From Rhizophagus irregularis (lineage: Eukaryota), in NCBI RefSeq assembly GCF_026210795.1, contig NC_089433.1, positions 2,666,001 through 2,730,000 on the forward strand: a stretch of 64,000 nucleotides of DNA. The letters run 5' to 3'. Positions 27,451-40,122 of the stretch are shown here, one piece after another. Each line of letters opens with the position of its first letter. The stretch's first letter is position 1. The translations under genes and the position numbers were made by a program. The notes beneath the pieces were generated by a model that worked only from the letters and a program-made list of their open reading frames with translations, ran no database searches and was not told the DNA's origin.

Positions 27451-28468
27451 TCATTTATTGTCTTCTTCGGCATCCTGAAACATTTCATCATCATAATTAT
27501 TCTGTAGATGTGATTGTTGTTGAGTAGCTGTATTACTAGTATTATTAGTATTGTTAGTATTGTTAGTTGGAGGGCTATCAATAATAGATTCTAAATATGC
27601 TAACGAGGCCTAGTTAAATTCAAAGCGAATTAGGTTTTTGAATGTTACATAAACGATAAGAAAGAAAATAATTAAAATGATAATCACTCTGCCAATTTCA
27701 CTTAATTCTTGTTCATCACTTGGAGCAGCTGCAAACCATTGACTATTATCATCGTCATTACCATTACCATAATAAAATTCATCATCAGGATCTTCTTCAT
27801 CCATAAACTCTTTATCTGGATGTAATGCCGCGCATTCAGATAGCGCTTCAAATATTGCGTCAACTTTTCGGGAATTAAGTCATTTAATTAGTAACTATCA
27901 TTCATTGCATAAGCCAATTTAATTATAACAACATACGGGCACCGATATCATCAGGAATAAATTTCAGTTCTGTTGTGATATCGTCTTCCTCTTCATCAAC
28001 TTCTCGTGATGTTAATGATGCTAAAGGTTGTTGAGTTGGGGTTCCAGTAGAAACGTTAAATCTTTCGTTTAATTGTGTATAAATACATGGTCCAGTACTG
28101 TCCGGCGCTTGTTGTCTTGATATAGCGTGTATTATTATAGTAGGATAATCAATTGCCAGTCCTGTATTTGTGTCCCAGGAATAAAAATATAACTTACTTT
28201 TCAAATTCGAATATTATATTAATATGGAAAGTTTTAAAAAGAAATAATAACGAAACATTCAAGATTATACCATTTACCTTTCCGTTACCCATAATGTTCC
28301 TTTACCTAAAATAGTATCGGGAACTGGGGGAGTAAATCGTACATAAACATTCTGTTGTATATGACGAGCGATTGGCTCTATTATAGCATCAGGAGAATTC
28401 TGTTGTAAATGTCGCGCTTCTTCACGTGTAATCACAGCTGGCGGTGTTGTAAGTAAGATAATTGCCAT
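27451..28468 (-). CDS. ICln/Lot5 (Voldacs domain) methylosome subunit
   Basis: GKGTLWVTE, IDYPTIIIHAISR, PCIYTQL, IFEALSECAALHPD, acidic tail, C-terminal FQDAEEDNK*. Confidence 0.88.
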
Positions 28469-28643
28469 AATTTTACTTTTGATTTCAACTTATAGGTTAA
28501 CTTATAGCTTGAATATGAACACTTGTCTGTCCATTGCAGTGTCCATTGCAACCTTTTTAAATAATAATTCAATGAAGTAAAATGATTGGCCAAAAAATTA
28601 TTAATCATTTGATTATCTTAAAATTTCTGTCAGAATATTAGAT

Positions 28644-30824
28644 ATGGCTACTAAAGGACCGCCAAGAAAAAAAATAAAGAAACATAATACTCTTTTAACT
28701 GAAGAAAATAATAAAAAACAACAAGAAGAAATTTTAGGAACTGTTATTGCTCAGTTAAAATCTATCGAAGGTGAAATTATTGGTGCTCCTTTAAGTTTAC
28801 CTGCCAATGTTACTCCTGAACAACTTGAATTATTAGTCAATCAATTGCTATCAAATGTAAGTAAAGTTATTTATTCAGTTAAAAAATTTGAATTAAATTA
28901 ATTGATAATTTTTTTACAGGACGAACCGCTTCCTTACTCATTTTCTGTTGATGATAAAGAGATAACTAGTACACTTTATAAAGATATTATCCAAGGATTA
29001 AAAAAATCAACAGAAGATGTTTTGACTATTGTCTATCAACCACAAGCTATATTTCGTGTTCGAGCTGTGACCCGTTGTACTTCTACACTAAATGGTAATT
29101 ACGCTTTTTGAACCTAATTTATATTCTTATACTGAATTTCTTCAATTAACAGGACATAATGATGCTATCCTGTCGGTTAGCTTTAGTCCTGATGGCACTC
29201 AACTTGCCACAGGTTCAGGTACGTGAGAAAATAAATTGTTTTTGGACTATTACGGCAAAGTTTCTCTTATCCATCTTAAATTAGGCGACACGACTGTAAG
29301 AATATGGGATCTCAACACGGAAACACCTCATTTTACGTGCAAAGGTTATTTATTTAATAATTTTTATGATTTAACTAATTAGCTATCACTTATATTTTTT
29401 AACTTATTTAAGAGTTGAACTCTTATTTAAAGATTTCTCTTTCGTTTAAAAAATAATTGCTGATAGCCATTTTGATCCATATTACAGGTCACACAAATTG
29501 GGTCTTGTACATCTCATGGTCTCCAAATGGTAAATTATTAGCTTCTGGAAGTATGGATAAAACAGTTAGATTATGGATCCCGTCAACAGGAAAGTCACTA
29601 GGAGATCCATTAAAAGGGCATACACAATGTATAACTTGTCTAGCATGGGAACCACAGCATCTGTACATATACAATTAATCTCCTTTTATCATTCAAAGCG
29701 CAATTCATTCCATATTATTGATTTCTTTTACATTTTCTTTAAGGAATCCTAAATGCAATCGATTGGCGTCATCATCAAAAGATGGCACGATTAGGGTATG
29801 GGATACAACATTACGACGTGTTGTAATGACAATGTCGCAACATACTGCAGCTGTTACATGTATAAAATGGGGAGGGGATGGGTTACTTTATTCTTCTAGT
29901 CGGGATAAAACAATTAAGGTTTGGGATGCAATTCAAGGAAAGCTTGTTAGGACTTTAGAAGGTCATGGTCATTGGGTTAATACTATGGCATTAAGCACTG
30001 ATTTTGTATTAAGGACTGGTGCTTTTGATCATACCGGTAAAATTTCGAAAGATGAAAAGGAAGGTAAAAAAATTTCTTATATCTATGAATATGTTTATAA
30101 GTAACATAATGACAATTTATTTGTTCTTATGTAGCACAAGAGTGGGCTTTATCTAGGTATAAAGCTGCAGTGGGAAACAAACCAGAACGTTTAGTTTCTG
30201 GTAGTGACGATTTTACAATGCTTTTTTGGGAACCAAGCACGAGTAAAAAACCAATTGCTAGATTAACAGGTCATCAAAAATTAGTTAATCATGTTAGTTT
30301 TTCACCGGATGGACACTTATTTGCTAGTGCAAGTTTTGATAATTCTGTAAAACTTTGGGATGGTTTAACTGGAAAGTGAGTAAATAGTAAAATCATGTAC
30401 ACACGATATACTTATTTACAATTTGCTTATTATATATATAGGTTTATTGCTTCATTAAGAGGTCATGTTTGTCCTGTTTATCAAGTTTGTTGGTCTTCTG
30501 ATAGTAGATTGCTTATAAGTGCTAGTAAAGATAGCACCATAAAGATTTGGGATTTAAAATCTAATAAGATTAAATTAGATTTGCCAGGACATTTAGATGA
30601 AGTTCGTATATTATTATATGGGTTTATTTTATTAAGTTGCGAAGCTTAATACTTATTTTTTGTTCTTACAGGTATTCAGTGTGGATTGGAGCCCAAGTGG
30701 TGAAAAAGTTGCAAGTGGTGGTAAAGATAGACAATTGAAGATGTAAGTTCTCAAATTTTAAATTGACCAAGTATATAATGATATTAACTTTATCTTTCTT
30801 TAACTTTATAGATGGAGAAATTAA
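28644..30824 (+). CDS. RSA4: Notchless/Rsa4 WD40 ribosome assembly factor
   Basis: NLE domain, YQPQAIFRVRAVTRC, GHGHWVNTMALSTDFVLRTG, ERLVSGSDDFT, DLPGHLDEV, ends ...IWRN*. Confidence 0.96.
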
Positions 30825-30856
30825 TATTATAATAGAAATACTATTATTTTTCAGAG

Positions 30857-32797
30857 TTACAATTTATTATCATTTTCAACCAATTCAGATCTAAAAATAC
30901 ATATAGCAAAAAAAAGGTGACGAAATAAGATTTTGTATTAAATAAAAAAAGACAGATGATTATCTATCATACTGAATGGAAAAAAAGTTACCTCTCGTAC
31001 AATTTTTTAAATGAAGGTCCTATCTCGTTAATCATATCAGAAGTTTGTACTGAACGTCCAAATTTCTTAAAAGCAGAACGTGAACATTCTCTTGTAAGGG
31101 TACATGCAGCATAACTAGCCAACATTGGAACTTCTGAAGGTGAAATTAAATTATCATGTCTTCAATTATGAGTCGAATCGAAAATCATAATGTAAAGAGT
31201 TAATGGTATATACTAGAGATTTTATCGAATTTACTTATAAATACTCACTGCCAAAGTTTATTATGATAAGCCGAACCCCAAGCCATAAAAGTGGCAATAA
31301 GCCCAGTAAGAATATCTCCTTGTCCACCACACCGTTTAAGTCCTCCTTCATTATCAACCTTAAATACTTTTCAAAATAACTTGTAAGTTAATGCAAATAT
31401 TAAAAAACGCTAATTTCACACATGAATACCTTCATTTCCATTGGAAATTAAATCATATTGCCCCTTCTGGACGATTGTTACTCCATCAAACGCTTGGCTT
31501 AATAACCCAGCCATTTTATCCTTGTGGTTGTCTTCGAAATTAATCTTCTAAGGATTTAAAAGATATATTCATTAAATTTTAATTTATGATTTCAAACACG
31601 TAAATTTTAACATTTACCATTTCTTCACAAAGTCGTTTAAATTCAGCGACATTAGGTGTCAAGATTGCATTAGGATAACCCTTAATAATTTCTGGATGAT
31701 TTTGAATAAGGTACAAACCGTCCTAAAGAAATAATTAACGTAAATAAGCATAATATGTAACACGACATAAATAAAATGATTGCATACTGCGTCAATGACA
31801 AGTGGTAAGTCCTTTTCTTTCGCCTTTGCAATAATACCCTTGGCGCACTCCAACATCATATTATCCCTTGATAATCCAGGACCTATAACCATAACGTGTA
31901 ATCTTGGTAACAGTTTTGCCACATTATTTATTATTTCTTCTGAAGTCTTGTCCGTATCACTGTTAATAAATGAATAAGTAAATTAATTATCAAAAATATA
32001 TAGAATAAAGGAATTATAATACCAACTCGGATCTACGTAGATAAGGATGTACCATTAAGTCTACATCAATAATCATTTCGTTAGAAGAGATGGACTCGTA
32101 CAATATAAAGTGGATTCATAAATCAATCACGATATGTCTAGCCCGAATAATTTGGATATTAATTCAGTCTGAATTTAAAACTAATTATCGTGATTGAATT
32201 ATGAATACATATTCACTTAAACGCGTCAAAAAAATATAGAAAATATATTAATACCAGGAGTATAGCTCTGAAAAGATATTTAAAAAATTAATTTATAATA
32301 TATATAAATTATAACAATAATGAATTAAATAAGTTAAATTACCTTAATTGCCACCGCTGCTGTTGGTTGACATACCACGAAAGCCATATCAGCTCCCTTT
32401 TTGAATATTGTCGAAACGAAGACGAATTAATTATACCAAAAAGAATTAAAATTTATGAATTAACTACTGAATGGAACATATTTGACTTACAAGTTTCAAA
32501 GCTGAAAAAGAACTAAAATAGGGAGCACCCGTATATCTAAATTTTAAACTGTCAGTTAATTGAAATAATCGAACAGGCGCATGTAAACGTAATATTTACT
32601 CATCAGAGCCACCGACAACGCAGACTCTACCTATAGGCAAATCGTTAATTTAGAATTTAAAATCAGCTCAAAAAGATGACTTTAAAAACAGACTTTAAAA
32701 TGGGACCTGCTTGGCCTTTATGATATCCTGACGAAAGCGGGGGAATTAATTGACGAATTTTATCAATTACTGCCATTGTGACCATCGTTTGGGTCAT
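30857..32797 (-). CDS. NNR2: ATP-dependent NAD(P)HX dehydratase (YjeF_C/CARKD)
   Basis: [59 protein letters not shown]; about 12 small exons. Confidence 0.93.
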
Positions 32798-33059
32798 TTT
32801 GATAATCGATATTTATATATTACAAGTCACATGTTAAATACAAAGTCGTAATAATTCCTTACAGCTTATACTAAACTAAAACCCAAAAAATGCCTAAAAA
32901 ATTTGCATATTTTTTTCGTAAAGGTGATGTAACGTAACAATCTAAAGTTCTTTTTAAGGTTATATGATTTCGAAACGAGAATTTTTCTAAATAAGAGTTT
33001 CCTTCTATAATGAGTAGAATGAGACTTATTTTACGATGTGAGCCTATACGGACGGAAAT

Positions 33060-34321
33060 TTATGCAAAATTTTTCTCTCTTTCAAATTGTGCAAAAATCA
33101 AATCGTAATCCTCAAATTCATAAAGGATTCGATCTTTTCTAGAGTATCCATTAATATCATCAACAGATACAACCAATAATTTCTTATTGTCATTGTCTTC
33201 TCGTGTCTTGAAAACAGTTACGCTAAACTTTTCCGGCTTAAAAATAGCAATAACTTTATGAATAACATCCGCAATAGTTCCGTGACCTACTGGAATGTTA
33301 GTCTCAAATGAAGCATAGGAACAATTACGTTCAGGAGTAACGTGAATATTGAAATAGTTATCCCTAAGTAATCCATTAGCAGAATATCCACATGGCTCAT
33401 AGAGATAAGAATCTAGTTGTGCTTCAGGATAAATATCGCACAACCCGGTTTTTCTATCGATTCTCGCGCCACCCTGAGTTCCTGATTCACCTTCTGAAGG
33501 ATTATGATAAAATTTATTTAATGTTTCTGAGCTAAGTTCTGTCATTAAAATTTCGATCGTTATATCCTGAAAATCAGAACCAGTTTCATCTAAAGGATGA
33601 GCAGATTCTAGTTCTGTAAGCAGAATATCATTTTGAGGAGAGTTTAACCACAAGAACCAACAATGGTCTCCGTTAGATTTTCCCACTGTGTATGCTGCAC
33701 CATTATCTATTTTAGGCCGGTGAAATTTGAGTTAATTTATTTCTATTGTAATCTTAATATATCAAAAAACTTACCAAGAAGTTGGTCTAAAAATTTTACT
33801 TCTTCGTTCCAATCCTTATGTGGACCCAATTGAGCCTCAGGAAATACAAAACTTTTACGAGAATAAAATACTCTCCATACTTTATTAAGTTGACAATATT
33901 CGGAAGCGATTTCAAGAAGACGATGTATAGCAATCAAAAGAGTGGTTGTGCCACAAGTTTTTAAAATAATTTTATGAGGATAGATAAACATCGAAGATTC
34001 ACTATTCAAATCATATTTGAAGCGAAGTTTTAATAAAGTCAACTTTTCAGTCAGATTCAGAGAACAATTTTACCTTAATAAATAAGCATCAAAATAATCA
34101 TTATGAACTACATTCAACACCTGGCATTTAACGATGTCCAACATTTCATCCCATACGTCTCTTTCAACTAAACGTAGACCATTTCTTAAAGGGCGGTTAT
34201 TATCAAATTCAGAGGAAATGTCTGGAATAGAGCCTGATGTTGGACCAAACCAAATTTCTAAGAGTTTTTCTGCACCCTCGAAAATACGTTCTGAAGTATA
34301 AAATGAATTGTTCTCACTCAT
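33060..34321 (-). CDS. SPE2: S-adenosylmethionine decarboxylase proenzyme
   Basis: [19 protein letters not shown] cleavage site (split by an intron), [29 protein letters not shown]. Confidence 0.96.
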
Positions 34322-34576
34322 TATTATAAAAAAAAAAAAAAAAAATTTCAAAGAAATCTTTCTGAAATAGGAAAGGTGGGTGCACTTTAAAGAAATGGCT
34401 TGTATAACGATTAATATATTTAAAAGGAAACTTGACAGACTTTTATCAATTTGTACCCTTTATATATGTATTACGCGACTTCTACTATATAAATATATAC
34501 CGTACATATAAATATTTTTTACTGTATAACAGATATCTTATAAACAGTTCGTGTAATATCGTAGTTTGTTAATTTA

Positions 34577-37340
34577 TTATTCCTCATCGAACTCTTGTAT
34601 CGATGGTATTTCGTTGGTGGAATTGTCAACATTTACCGAAGATTGTATTTCATGAGCACTCTCAGAATAAAGTTGCTGTTTATCAGTATTTGTAGTTTGA
34701 TTTTGAATTACCCCATTTCCTTCTCCAACACCACTGTTCATTTCACTTAATACGTTTCTTATCACTTTGTTTCTTTCCAATTCCTGGGTTTCTACGTCCT
34801 GAACGTTTCTTATCACTTTGTTTCCTTCCAATTCCTGGGTTTCTACGTCCTGAACGTTTCTTATCACTTTGTTTCCTTCCAATTCCTGGGTTTCTACGTC
34901 CTGAACTATATCTTGTTTTCCCGATATCAATACATAATCATCATGTTTATTTTGATTGTTTCGTGGTTCAGGCTGCTCCGTATCCGACTCTTTTTTTTGA
35001 TCAGATTCTAACGACCTGTTTTCTTCAACTAACTCACTATTATCTCTTGTTTCATTCGGTTTCTTCTCTTCATGTTTTTTCCCTTTTAACTATTAAAAGC
35101 ATACAAAGTTAAATGTATGATTGACTGATGTTAATTTTCAATACACTTATCATACCTCTTCTACCTCTTCAATAAGTTTAGCTTTCATATTTTTATAATC
35201 ATCCAGCTGATACAAACATTGATGAAAAAATTCGGCGATATGCGAAGTAGATTGAAATGACCCATTGGAAAGTGCTGCTTTTTCTAAGATATTTTCACGT
35301 GACTCAATAAAAAATTTCGACATATAAACGCGTAAATATTTTAAAAATACCTTGATCATAATCTTGCACTCTATCCTTTAATAATTCATCAAACTATCAT
35401 ATTTCCATATAATTAGTAATTTACAATCAAAGAACATTTTTATAAGAAAACATCTAACCTTATCAAATTGGTCTCGCATTATTTCCATGAAATTTGTGAC
35501 TGGTTTCGTGTTAATTCGCAAATTATAATAAACAGTTATTTGGTCCTCAAAATCCACATACAAAAAACAATTAACATTATGACCAGGTGTAATGGCATAT
35601 TGACCTAATATGAAAATTTAAATAAGTTCCGTAATATCAAATACATTTTATAGATTATAAAGTATTGTTTACCTGCAGCAAATGCACAAACTCTTCCTTC
35701 AAATTCAAATTTGACAACATTAAAATCATGGTCAATCACATATGTACATCCATTCCATGCACATACAACAAAAACATTGTTATATTTTTTAGTAGATTTT
35801 TCGGAATCATTAAGAATTTTTTTATCAAGACTCTCGTCATTTATACAAAGGTCTATAGATGCCATTCCGAAAAGTTTATGTGTGCCTTGTAATTCATGAT
35901 GTGACATACTTGAATTTTGGAGATCGTATAATGTAAATTTACCTGGAAGGAAACAAACGTTATTATAAGATTGAAATATCATTTGATTTTTACAAGAAAG
36001 GCAATCCTACCATCCATAGTAATAAGTGCCAAAACATCTACGCATTTGCCTGAAAATCAGATTTATTAAATTTATGAGAATCCATTTTACAATAGTTTTC
36101 AAGTCCTTTTCCACTCTCACCATTTTTAAACTTCGTTCCTTTAACAATTTCAGTAGAAACTTCGGTAAATTCTTCTCCACTTTGATCACCAGATACTTGG
36201 GTAGGAGAAGAAATTTCTTTATCATTCTTTTCAATTATTATAAAATGTCCTCCAGGTTGACCGATAATCAATAACGATGAAGAAGTAGTAGGATCCTTCG
36301 CTGTGGACAAAGAAGTTATCTATTTGAATTTTAAAAAATTAACGTGTTTCATGTTCTCCGCGACATGATCAAGTCTTGGTTTAATGTATATAATTTTACC
36401 TGTCCATCAAAGTACCATTTCTTTTTCTCTTCCAAGTATGGCTGCTCTTCTATTAAGGAGGCTTTAATGCTTGCTGTGGAATCAATAGGTGGTGATGGAA
36501 TTTGGAAATTAAACACTTGTAATACGCGATCGGTACGTGCAAGAATTATTTCGTTAATTCCATCATCATCTGAAATATAAATAAAAATGTAATAATATTC
36601 TAAATTCATCAAATTCTATCCAGAACCAATTACATAATTATACCGATGTCTGCAATCAGAATTCGGTTACAATTAACAGGTACGGACAATGTTAATGTAG
36701 GTTGTTCGATAACTTTTGGGCCTTCAATGATAAGGGGTCGCATTGCAGGAGTCTGTGCATCGTTGCTTTTCTTTGACGATGTTGGTATATTTTCATCATG
36801 TGTTGTAGGAGCTGATTCATTGCTTGATAATAAGTCAAATATATGGCACTGCCCTTCCGCGTTTATGCATACAATCGAATTCTATTTATTGATATAAATA
36901 ATCAATCGAAATGATAAAATAATTTAAATATAAATATATCATCAGATGTACCTTTCCTGAATTCTTGATATCACCGACGGCCACACAAGTTATCTGAATA
37001 AATTAGTCACGCGAACGAATTTAATTTACACTCAATTTCATTTTGCTCAAGTTTATGATGACAAATACCTACTGTTCCTAACCCACTACAAGTCACGTAA
37101 GGTTGTCCGTCGTTTGCGGAGGATATACCTTTGAACACTGATAGTTCACCTTTTAAATTTCCAATCACAAATTCATTATCCTAACAAAAATTGGAATTTA
37201 AATTTACTAAGGAAAAAAGTTTTTAAAGTAAAATATTTTAATACCTTATCATTATCGACATCCCCAAAATCAAAAGCATGCGGATTCATATTTCCTGCAA
37301 ATTTCCATTTTACTCGGTCTACTAAGCAAATTGATTTCAT
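34577..37340 (-). CDS. ITFG2: KICSTOR complex subunit ITFG2-like
   Basis: MKSICLVDRVKWKFAGNMNPHAFDFGDVDNDKDNEFVIG, ITCVAVGD, IADIDDDGINEIILARTDRV, VVCAWNGCTY, VCAFAAGQY all parallel motifs recalled from human ITFG2. Confidence 0.85.
34752..34904 (-). repeat. Coding tandem repeat, 3 x 51 bp (17 aa, VQDVETQELEGNKVIRN)
   Basis: Units start at 34752, 34803 and 34854 and are nearly identical. Confidence 0.95.
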
Positions 37341-37496
37341 ATTGTTGTCCAACAATTTCGCGTTTCCAGAAATTATTTAGTGATAATTCAGCCAATAAGA
37401 TTCATTGTACGTCACATGTGTCACCATTCATCATAAAAAAATTTCGAAATCTTTTTTTTATTCGGCCTCTTTTGATCCTTATAAAGGAAAACTACA

Positions 37497-38427
37497 ATGG
37501 CTGATAAAAAGATAGCAAAACGTCAAGGCGTAATTTATACCGAGACTGCAAATTCAATTGCACAAGCCCTCTATGATCTTGAAAACAATGTTCCAGAATT
37601 AAAAAAAGATTTGAAGCCTTTACAAATTTCTGACGCAAAAGAGGTGTGTACATGTGGAGTTAAAATTTAAAGTATTTTGTGGTTCATTGAACGTTCTAAA
37701 AATTAATTTATTAAATTTTTTTTTGAGGATGGAATTCTTGATTAATCGATATTGTTATTAATCAATTCTGTTATTAATCAATTCGATTTGATTTCATTTA
37801 AAGTATGAATTAGGTGGAGGTAAAAAGGCCATTGCAATTTTCGTCCCAGTCCCATTATTGAAGCAATTCCATAAGGTTCAACAAAGGTTCGTTCAATTTT
37901 ATGCTAATTATCAAAGAAAAATTTTTATAGACTAATGAATTATCTGTAATAGATCTGAGATTTCTATATTCAATATATTAATTTAATAATTTTTCATATA
38001 ATAATAGGCTTACTCGTGAACTAGAAAAGAAATTCTCTGACCGCCACATTGTTTTTATTGCACAACGAAATATTATGCGCAAACCCGGCCGTAAGTCCCG
38101 AGCCAAGCAGGCTCGTCCGCGATCGCGGACTCTTACCTCTGTACATGAAAAGTTTCTAGAAGACTTGGTATATCCCACTGAAATTGTGGGAAAGAGGACA
38201 CGTGTTAAAGTTGATGGTAGCAAGATCATTAAAGTGTATGAATAATTGATATTTCTCTTAAATTCATTTCTCGTTTTATAAAATTTATTAATTTTTTTTT
38301 TCTAACGGTTAGGTATCTTGATAGCAAGGACGCTACATCTTTAGAATATAAACTTGACACTTTTAAATCTGTCTACAAGTATCTTACTAGCAAGGATGTC
38401 GAGTTTCAATTCAATCAACTTGATTGA
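37497..38427 (+). CDS. RPS7: 40S ribosomal protein eS7
   Basis: [55 protein letters not shown]; 4 exons. Confidence 0.97.
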
Positions 38428-39204
38428 GGATCAAAAAAAATTATAAAATAATAAATTTAAATTAATTATTAATTATGGATGTTCTTTTGCTTGATAGATC
38501 AGATAAAAAAAATCAATGAATATTTTTTGAATTTTATTTTCGAGCGAACTTTTTTATTGTGTAAAAATTAATTTTGTAATTTTGACGGTCAGCTATTATA
38601 TTTCCTAAAGGTACTAACTAGATAAAAAAAAACCTAGACCTAATTAATAAAAAAATTTGTAATAATCATTGAGAACTCCAAAGCAACGATGTACAAATTT
38701 ACGAAGGAAAACCCAATTAAACAAAATAAAATCAATTAAACAAAATAAAATTATTATAAATTATTTATCGGTCATTATGTTCAATCAATCAATGTCTTCG
38801 ACAATCTTTGTATAGATAAAATATTCAACCCCGTCCATAAAGCTCATCTTCAGCCCAGTCCAGTCAATTTGGTCCAGTTCTCCATACAAGTAAATTATTC
38901 TACAGTCTGTTGAATTTCATCACAATAAAAATTTCATCACAATAAATTACCAAATCTACCGCGCTAATAAATACGTAGAAAGCAAAGTTTCAAATAAAGT
39001 TTGACCTCTAATTATAAATTCTTTATTAAACTTATAAAATTCATAAAATACAAATTTGGTGATATTAGATGAAAAAGTTCTGATTTATGCAAATTTATAA
39101 GATCCTCATCATAACTGATATTCCTTTTTAAGTTAATATGTTGTGCGCATTTTTTTAGAAAATGTCCAAAAATTTTATCTTGATTAATTATATTTTCACT
39201 AATA

Positions 39205-40122
39205 ATGATTAAATCAGTCTTAATTTTCAACAATCACGGAAAACCTCGAATTACTAAATTTTATCAACAAATAGTAAGTTCATTTATTATTGTTTTTTCT
39301 TCTAAGAAATATGTTATAACTATCTTTTTTGATGTAATTATAGGATATTGGTACACAACAAGCATTGATTCAAGAAATATTTTCATTAGTATCAAAAAGA
39401 CCTGATACAGTATGCAATTTTCTTGAAGGGAGTCAGATGCTCGGAGGTAAAGACACACGAATAATTTATAGACATTATGCTACTTTATATTTTGTTTTTG
39501 TTGTTGATGAATGTGAAAGCGAATTAGGAATTTTGGATTTAATTCAGGTCGGTAGGAATTTTGGATAGGAACGATAAATAATAATCGCTAAAAAAAAAAG
39601 AGATGAGAGCAATTAAAATATATATATATATTCATTTATATAGGTATTTGTGGAGAGTTTGGATAAATGTTTTGAGAATGTTTGCGAACTTGATTTGGTA
39701 AGAGAAATAATTTTATTAATTATAGTATTTTTTTTTATCAGATTTTATACAATCATTTTATTTTGCAGATCTTTCACTTTGAAGAGGTTCATCACATTCT
39801 TGCAGAGGTTATCTCAGGAGGAATGGTATGTCTATCAAATATTTTATATGAAAAGATTTAAATAATTATTGCTTACGAACTGGCTTAATTTTAGGTTTTG
39901 GAAACTAATATTACTGAGATTGTTCATTCATTCAGTGAATCAAACAAATTCAAAAAACGTTCAGGCGCAATGGCTACAATTGCAGGAAGTGGAGCGGGAG
40001 CTGTTGCAAGAGATTTAGGTGCAAATTTGGCAAATACAGTTACAACTACTTTACAATCTACTTTGCAAAATACAGTGAGCGCTACTTTCCCTACTTTTCG
40101 GAGAACAGGTTTTAATTCTTGA
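39205..40122 (+). CDS. APS3: AP-3 complex sigma subunit
   Basis: MIKSVLIFNNHGKPRITKFY, VCNFLEG, IYRHYATLYFVFVVD, ESELGILDLIQVFVESLDKCFENVCELDLIFH. Confidence 0.95.

Noticed and set aside
10105..34321. UTR4 and SPE2 as a polyamine/methionine-salvage cluster
   Set aside because: They are 22 kb apart with unrelated genes between them.
34322..34576. Regulatory uORF or riboswitch upstream of SPE2
   Set aside because: No ATG between the TATA-like element and the start codon; the only short ORF lies further upstream, in the probable ITFG2 3' region.
37644..38008. Intronic snoRNAs in RPS7
   Set aside because: A CTGA is present in intron 2 but there is no convincing C box or terminal stem.
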